DNA of 63,256 nt, the filler included, from Saprolegnia diclina VS20 (Eukaryota): NCBI RefSeq assembly GCF_000281045.1. It is 12 parts of 6 records of this genome, joined end to end, with 100 filler letters (N's around TTAATTAATTAA, not from the genome) between each part and the next. Parts side by side here need not be neighbours in the genome. Positions count along the whole stretch, not along the records: positions 54,338 to 57,203 come from NW_008246211.1; positions 57,304 to 58,468 come from NW_008246212.1; positions 58,569 to 59,618 come from NW_008246212.1; positions 59,719 to 61,772 come from NW_008246213.1; positions 61,873 to 63,256 come from NW_008246215.1; 7 more parts are not named here. One strand, 5' to 3'. Each line of letters opens with the position of its first letter. Position 1 is the first letter of the stretch. The translations under genes were made by a program, and so were the position numbers. Shown piece after piece: positions 55,800-63,256 of this stretch. The notes under the pieces are model-generated. The model saw nothing but the letters and a program-made list of their open reading frames with translations, did no database searches and had not been told where the DNA came from.

Positions 55800-57203
55800 A
55801 TGGCAAGCTGCAAGTACAGCGACCTGGCGCTGCATGAGACCGCGCTCGTGGCGGACGGCTCGTGCGGAGGCAACGCCATGTGCTTTGTCAACAGCAACTG
55901 CTCGGTCGTTCGTCGCGTGGCAAATGCGTCGACGCGCGTGCAGCTGGAGGCAAGCGACGTCCTTGGCGACGTCTTCCTATACCGGCATGCTACCCTGTAT
56001 GACAGTATTCTTATTTGTTGAGAATGGAAGCTCATGCATAGCATCCGAGATAGAGAGCTCGTCAACCTCACGAAGAGCCACATCAACCACCAGTTCCCCG
56101 TACAGCTCGCGGCTCTGTACTAGCAGCCATCCAGTGCCTCCATGGCTCATGCTCCATGTGTTGAGCTAGATCACTTGTCGGCGCCAACTTCGAGGACCTG
56201 GACGATATCGATGTCCCGCCGGAGGTTTTACGCTTGTTAGTCCTAGCGCGACGATGGCTGCTTACGCCTAGTTTACCGTAGGACCCTGACCTCGTGTCAT
56301 TTCAAGCGCGCCATTTCCTTATACGGTTTCCGGGCCCTTCAGCACCTGTTGCCCGCGCGAGCTTTGATGGCACACTCATGCGGTGCGTGCATTTAGGGAG
56401 CTCCGAAGCACTCGCTCTCCCGACTTGTTCGTCTGGGATAGTTGTCCGTCCACGCTTCGCAACCTGTATTCGCGCATTGCATGGCGGCGAGAGGGTCACC
56501 TTGCGCTCTACTCGTAGCACCATTTTGGACTGCGGACGCGATAATTTCAGCTACTTGACGCTGCCGCAGATCGAGACGCTGTGCGCTACTGTCTCTGGTT
56601 CTGTCAATGATTGTGCGCGTAGAGAACTCGACAACGTTCGTACACTCTATGGTCTCCGCGTCTCGTTCCGACTCCGGCGTTTGTATGTCACGCCGCCTTC
56701 CGTGCAAGCTCATTGGAGCTACGTAGCGCATGCTACAACTGCTCATTTGACTACTTCTCGGTGGACAGCGAAGACTCGCTGCGTGCGCTGCGCAACCTCT
56801 CGCCGACCAGCAGCTCGACCTCGAATGCGACGTTCCAAGTGCCACCGTTTACATCGGACTGCACAAGAAGCGACACGACGCAAGCTCGGCTCTGGGACAA
56901 TGCACCAGACTACGTCCTGTGTGTCAACCACAAATCGTACACTTGGACGATCGAGTATAAAGGTTTGCACTCGTTCATTGACAAGTACCAACATCATTCT
57001 CTAGAACTCTACCATTTTCTGTACATTGCGCTCGGCATTCTGGCTGCTGGCATCTTGCTTGGTTGTCTCTATCGCCGAGGCCAGCGCGTCGCCAAGACGG
57101 ACCGCGCCGCCGACGACGACTACCTCGTCTCGTCGCTGTCGGCCAAAGAGCTCGAGACGCTCCAGATGCTGCAGCTCGACGCGTCAAGCCTCGTGGTGTC
57201 GGA
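55800..57203 (+). CDS. LRR receptor-like gene 6 (ectodomain, TM, juxtamembrane; kinase presumably in gap)
   Basis: MASCKY..VADGSC...CFVNSNC cap, LRR exons, ACYNCSF...LW..CV cap, TM LYIALGILAAGILLGCLYRR. Confidence 0.78.
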
Positions 57204-57303
57204 NNNNNNNNNNNNNNNNNNNNNNNNNNNNNNNNNNNNNNNNNNNNTTAATTAATTAANNNNNNNNNNNNNNNNNNNNNNNNNNNNNNNNNNNNNNNNN
57301 NNN

Positions 57304-58468
57304 GCTACATTCGTCTGTGCGGTTCGATATGCCCGACTTCACAGAGGAGGCCTTGACATCTATCTCTGCCCACGGAATGCCCCTGAGGGCGACCGAGGCG
57401 ACGAACAATGAAGCTCCAGCGACTGCTGGTGCTCTGAGGCAAGTACATTCGGACAATTACTTGTTCGAGAATGTACCGTCAGGTGCTCGTGTCTCAAGTG
57501 GACTGGTCGAGCCGACGCTCTACACGTCCAGCATCGTCCAATCCTTGGCAATTTCCAGCATGGTCAACGACACGAAGGAAGCAATCTCGGAGGCAACGCA
57601 CGACCTGTCGCTGGACGTTAAATCTCAGACTTCAGAAACCGAGCAGCTCGACGCAAACATTTCTCAAAAGAGCGAAAGCGAGGGCAGTAAGATTGAAGAA
57701 CCACACCAGGACGAGGACGATGGCGGCGTGAGCGAAGAAGAACTCGACGACGGAGAAGTTAAGGACGAAGTCATGGACGACGATGGTAGCCATGCTGACG
57801 AGGTTGGCGCCAGTGACATAAGTACGCAGACACCAAGACGCTCCTCTGGTCAATCCTCGACAGCGTCGTCACCGAAGGCACTTTCGCCACCGGCAACCAG
57901 CTCCCCGATGCCTTCCCACCCTCGCTGCTGCGCGTCGACGGCGTCGGCCGCATTGCCTTTCCGCTGTGCCCCGAGCAAGCCGTGACGCTCAAGGCCGCCT
58001 GCAGCATCTCGCCATTTGGCCGTGGTCACGACACGGTCATTGACACCAACGTCCGTCGCAGTGTCGAGGCGCCCGCCGACAAAGTGCACTTGTCGCCAGC
58101 GTGGACGGCCGCCGTCAACCAGTTGGCCATTGACGCGTGCGAGAAGCTCGATCTCTCGTTCGCTGTCGACGCGCACTTATACAAGCAGCTCTTGTACGAG
58201 GCGGGCGACTTTTTTCTCGAGCACCAGGACACGGAGAAGGAGCCGGGTATGTTTGGGACGCTGCTCGTTCAGCTTCCGGCGGAGCACACGGGCGGTCACT
58301 TGGACGTCCGGCACCGAGGCCAGACGAAGCGATTTGGTTTGGACGGTCCCGCGAGCGCAGACGCGCTGCATTATTGTGCTTTCTTTGCCGACGTGCACCA
58401 CGCCGTGGCGCCCTTGACGTCAGGCCACCGTCTCGTGCTGACGTACAACCTCGTGCGTCGTGGGGCTA
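57304..58468 (+). CDS. 2OG-Fe(II) oxygenase with acidic N-terminal extension (partial; intron 57786-57829)
   Basis: LYKQLLYEAGDFFLEHQDTEK (HxD), H.V.P.TSG.RLVLTYNL, PFGRG.DT..D..VR. A 44-nt GT..AG intron joins the acidic ORF to this frame. Confidence 0.85.
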
Positions 58469-58568
58469 NNNNNNNNNNNNNNNNNNNNNNNNNNNNNNNN
58501 NNNNNNNNNNNNTTAATTAATTAANNNNNNNNNNNNNNNNNNNNNNNNNNNNNNNNNNNNNNNNNNNN

Positions 58569-59618
58569 ACTTGCACAAAAACCCCTTCAAATTCTTCGAA
58601 ACGGCCCAGCACCTGGCCGCTGCATGACCTGGGGGTGTTTCCAAAACCGTCGTAGCGCCAGTACCTCGTCCCGACTCTTCATCCATGTTGCGAGCGTTGT
58701 ATGGTCGTAGTTGCTCGTCTTGACAATGTGATAGCTCCCACTTTCTGCTGCATCAATTGGTGTCGCCGCAGCACTTACGCCAGAGTTACCATTGACACCA
58801 GGTCTGAAGTACTTCGCGGCAAAGTACGCGGCATGGACTTCAGCGTAGAGAAACACATCAACCTTTGGACGCGAGGCCAAGCGCGTTTGGCTGACACCAC
58901 GACGCGACCGGGAGAGCATCGTCAACGCTGGGGAGCAAGGGCATGCCATTTCCAAGTAGTGGAAGAGGTTTCCGTGCAAGGCCGAGCGTTCTAGAAGACC
59001 ACGATATGGAAGCACGCACACGTTACAAGATCCAGACGCAGAGCAAGCGAGCTCTAGCAATCCACGAATTTATAGTATCACTCCAAAGCTAACCCGCCTT
59101 GCCCACCTCTGGCATGGCGGACACCAACACGATTGTTGCCCCCAAGTAGCTCGGTCTTGGTAGAGGAATGATAAATGGCGCGCAACATCTAGAACGCGTG
59201 GCGCAAAGGACTCGTTGGTACTCAAGCAGATCGATTGCACAAAGATAGGCGCGGCCGGCGACAGGCACCGCGAGCAGCGTCGTCGCGATAGGCACCGTGT
59301 AGTACGTGACATCGAGTGGCCGCTGCGATAGAGCGACAGACAATGGCGCGAGGCTAATCGACTCGGTCTGCGAGGCATGCGTCACGAGAGCCGCCAAATC
59401 AAAGTAACTTGACGCTGCTGTCGCCACGAGCTGCATGAAAGGGCTTACTGGCATGGAATTGGCAGCATCGATATCGTGCAGCGACATCATATATTCGAGA
59501 TGTACTGTACATATACTCTTTGCGTGGAGCTCGATACTGATTCGCACCTTCGTATCGCACGTAGTCGTGATTGGGTACCATCTGATCGGGCGTCGTGGCC
59601 CATCGATGTAGCACGGCA
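58569..59618 (-). other. Probable fragment of an unidentified multi-exon gene
   Basis: Two adjacent ~150-codon minus-strand ORFs with plausible composition. No recognisable motif. Confidence 0.3.
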
Positions 59619-59718
59619 NNNNNNNNNNNNNNNNNNNNNNNNNNNNNNNNNNNNNNNNNNNNTTAATTAATTAANNNNNNNNNNNNNNNNNNNNNNNNNN
59701 NNNNNNNNNNNNNNNNNN

Positions 59719-61772
59719 CCCTTCTGATCGCAGAAAAGAAAGGACATGTTAGCGTCGTCCAGCTCTTGCGAGACTCGCCTTCCAAGCCTATGGTAGCTCG
59801 TTCCGTGACGCCACTCCGGTCGTATTATCGTCTGGCGTAGCAAGAAGCCATCAATCCCAGCGCCCGCGATAACGTACGCGCATTGCGCTCGTCGATCGAG
59901 TCGTGAGACAACGCTTGCAACTGCTCTAGCACGCTATGGCCGTGTTGCAGAGGGCTCTCGAGGCACACGACTTGCCGCTGCTCCGATCGACTCTGAACAA
60001 CCTTGAGATTGCCAGCCAGGATGGAGTACACGCCTTTGCAGTATCCTCTCTTTCCACAGTAGCAATGTGTTAGACAACGCGAGCACTTATGCAACACTCT
60101 GACGCGGTCAAGACCGTCTTCCTTCAAGCGGCCGCGACCAACGACACGAGTGTTGTGGAGCGTCTTCTCTCTCTTGGCGCCAGCCCAACGCTAGCAAACG
60201 AGGTTTGCACTTTGAATGTTCCTTGGCTGGTTGCCAAAACCGACTTTGCTCTAGCATGGAGAGACTGCGCTGCACCTCGCGGCTGGCAGCGGCCACGTCG
60301 CCATCGTCACGTCTCTGCTCAAGGTGGCAAAGGACGAGACATATGTCAACGCGATCAACCACGTACGCACGCTGCACTCTATTTTCTCAGTATGTGAGTC
60401 GATCTTCGACTAGTTGGGTCACACACCCTTGCACGTTGCGGCCGCCAAGGGGCATGCGAGCGTTGTCGAGTCTCTTTTGGACGCCAACGCCAACGTCTTT
60501 GCGATGACTACGGTACTTACTAATCACAAAGTGAGCTCGACATGTCTGTCTCTAGTCGGGCGAGACGCCATTGATGCTAGCAACGAACGATCGCGTCCGC
60601 CCCATTCTCAAACGTGTCGAAGCCAAAGCCAACGCGCAGGTACGACCTCCTGCCTCCTTTCGACTTGAAGCTGACGCAAGTCAAATCACTTAGCGTGGTG
60701 CGGAGCTCGTTGACGCCGTGTGCAAGCGAGACTACCGCCAGACAGTAGTGCTTTTGGCAAGCGACGTGAGCCCCAACACTATGAGCGATGTGAGGAGACG
60801 ACTTGTCATCCGAGAACTGAAGGAATGGCCGTAGGAAGGCGACTCGCTCCTGCATCTCGCTGTGCAACGCGACGACCACAAGGTTCTGGATGCACTCTTG
60901 CGTGCGCCAGATATCAAGATAGACGTCTGCAACTCGGTAACCCGCACCAGCGATCGAAAGCACCAACGACAACTTTATATTTCAGAAGCCGGGGGGAAAA
61001 CCGGGAATCCCGCCAACCAAAGAAGCCAACCAACGACGGCCAACAAGCCTCAACCGCCCGCCCAAAAGGCCAATCCCGAAAGCCCGGGCCCCCGGCTGGA
61101 AGAAAATTCAGACAAATGACGTCGTTAGGTGTCAGAGACGGAGATTGAGATGGACATTTCTAGTCCATTGGGCGCCGGCGGCTACGGGGCCGTGTACAAG
61201 GGCATCTACAACGACCGATCCGTCGCCGTCAAGACGGCTGCCAACGCATCGTCTGCCCAAGCATTGGTTTACGAGATGGAGACTATGCAGATGTATGTCT
61301 TTTCTGATATTTTCTTATTTCCTCATCATTGATGGATTTAGGTGCAACTCGCCGTATGTGCTGCAGCTGCTCGCGGTCTCGGGCGCCGGCACATCGAGTC
61401 CCAAGCTTGTCCTGGAGTACATGGACGCCGGCGATCTTCGGAGCTACCTCGACGCCAAGCGACTTGGCCGGGCCACCAAGGTTGATGTCTCTTCCCTTGA
61501 AGTGGCGTGGGTGCTTGCGAATGCTCTTGCCGATCTGCACCACAACGGACTTCTTCACCGGGACCTCAAGAGCCACAACGTCCTCCTCTCTTCGACCAAC
61601 TACATCAAGCTCGCCGACCTCGGGATTGCCCGCGAGAACGAGTCGAACATGACGACAGGCAAGGGCACACCGTACTGGACTGCGCCAGAAGTGCTCACGT
61701 CGGGCAGCAACTACAGCTTTGCCGCCGATATCTACGCATTTGGCGTCATTTTGACCGAGCTGGACACGCTCC
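59719..61772 (+). CDS. Ankyrin-repeat TKL protein kinase (partial, multi-exon)
   Basis: ANK exons GETALHLAAGSGH, GHTPLHVAAAKGH and GDSLLHLAV. Kinase motifs LGAGGYGAVY, VAVK, HRDLKSHN, DLG, WTAPE, DIYAFG. Confidence 0.88.
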
Positions 61773-62713
61773 NNNNNNNNNNNNNNNNNNNNNNNNNNNN
61801 NNNNNNNNNNNNNNNNTTAATTAATTAANNNNNNNNNNNNNNNNNNNNNNNNNNNNNNNNNNNNNNNNNNNNCCTCTCGCCCTCTCGGGACCAATTAGGA
61901 TCTGTCCATCCCCGAAATGTGCCACGACTAGACTATGAAACGCACAGCTGCATCCAAACTGCAGAACGGGAAGCTTCTCATGTTGCTACACCAGTGCGGC
62001 AACCAATAGAGAGACTAGAGGTTTGTGCCATGAATCCCAAGGCCTTGGAGTATTCGTTTTCACGGGCCTCACCCGCGGCCACAAGCGTCGTAGGGCGACG
62101 ACAGAAGAGCCAGACGAGCCCCCGCGCCGCCGCCTGCGCAGCCACGGACCGGTGAGCGAATTGTCAAGATCGCAACTGCAAACGTTGAGATCGCCGACTC
62201 GAAGACGTCCGACTCTTCGTTGGTTTTCCTGGTGGTTTTCCCAGCCTCTGCCACGTCATTGGCTGTTTCCACCGTCAGTAGGCTTTTTCCCCTCAAACCA
62301 AGTAAGCTTATGAGGGTTTTGCCACTGCAGGAGTTTGTCTTGGAGCTTGTATGCCCCACCCGTAATATACGATATCACGGGTCGGGTCATTTGGAGCCTC
62401 TCATGGCTTCACTTCGATTCCGTCACCCGACTGCACACATCTCCGTGTGCCTTTGAGTGGTTCTTTCTTCTTCCTCTCCTCTCTGCCGAGTGCTTCACTA
62501 GCCGAGCTGCTAGTTTGTTACGAATGAAGAAGAAGGAGATTGCTAGTCTCTACGTATGCGAAGTCTTTGCGTAACTATGAAGACAACGCGAAACACGTTC
62601 ATATATATACACCATCGTACCCGGCACGAAGCCGCGATCAAGGGTCAATAATCTGATTATTGACCCTTGCCGCGATCGATGCGCTCGCCACATCTTTGCG
62701 TCTCCTGACAAGC

Positions 62714-63160
62714 CCGACTTTATCCGGACAATATTATCCGGACAAGACGAGGGCAAGCCGCTCACTCAGCGAGGTGGATCGACCTTCGATGTTTTTGACA
62801 GAGTCTCGTGTTTCGTTCAAAATGCATAGCGCTTGACGCACGGAGTTCAAAAACCGAAGAATGGTGCTCGTAGCGTACCTGCAGCGTGCGCTGTGCTGGT
62901 TGTAAGAGAAGAATATATTGATACATTGATACTTCGCTAAGTATCCGTTCACATCAACTTGAAGGCGCATAGCGCACGCTGTAGGTACGCTACGAGCACC
63001 ATTCTTCGGTTTTTGAACTCCCTGTGTCATGCGCTATGCATATCGAACGAAACACGAGACTCTGTCAAAAACATCAAATGTCGACCCACCTCGCTGAGTG
63101 AGCGGCGAGTGAGCGGCTTGACCTCATCTTGTCCGGATAAACCCGTCCGGATAAAATCGG
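62714..63160. mobile_element. Foldback / long-TIR non-autonomous element (possibly Mutator-like)
   Basis: Inverted arms 62714-62896 and 62967-63160 with a ~70-bp spacer. Terminal TATCCGGAC tandem motifs. The 10-mer flanks CCTGACAAGC and TACGACAAGC share 7 nt. Confidence 0.8.
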
Positions 63161-63256
63161 TACGACAAGCACATTCTGTCGACAATAGAAAATGTCCAAA
63201 CAATTCAATGCTCAGAGCCTCCCTCCAGGCATCAACCCACCGCTTCGTACGAGTAC

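Noticed and set aside
6226..61828. Recurrent TTAATTAATTAA motif
   Set aside because: Synthetic gap spacer always embedded in N runs; not biological.

Overview
Eukaryotic draft-genome scaffold, most likely a saprolegnialean oomycete (Saprolegnia-like). This is inferred from the gene families, GC-rich coding sequence, ~40-50 nt GT(AC)...TAG introns and an oomycete INR+FPR promoter. It contains many N gaps, 11 of them carrying an artificial TTAATTAATTAA spacer, so long-range order is uncertain. Genes: an RNI-like LRR cluster, a lineage-typical multi-TM protein in pieces, a fusion of a full acetolactate-synthase regulatory subunit-like module to a zeta-toxin-like P-loop kinase, a MYND finger fused to a Cys/His-rich domain, a multi-exon IQ protein, a ZIP transporter, a convergent paralog pair, a DAACS transporter with non-canonical ion/substrate motifs, two short M96-like coiled-coil genes, ankyrin proteins, a 2OG-Fe(II) oxygenase and an ankyrin-TKL kinase. 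There is also a cluster of about six LRR receptor-like kinase genes or fragments, with two head-to-head pairs and one LRR per exon. Mobile elements: an internally deleted PIF/Harbinger, a TA-flanked MITE and a long foldback element. All protein family calls are by motif recognition only; no searches were run.
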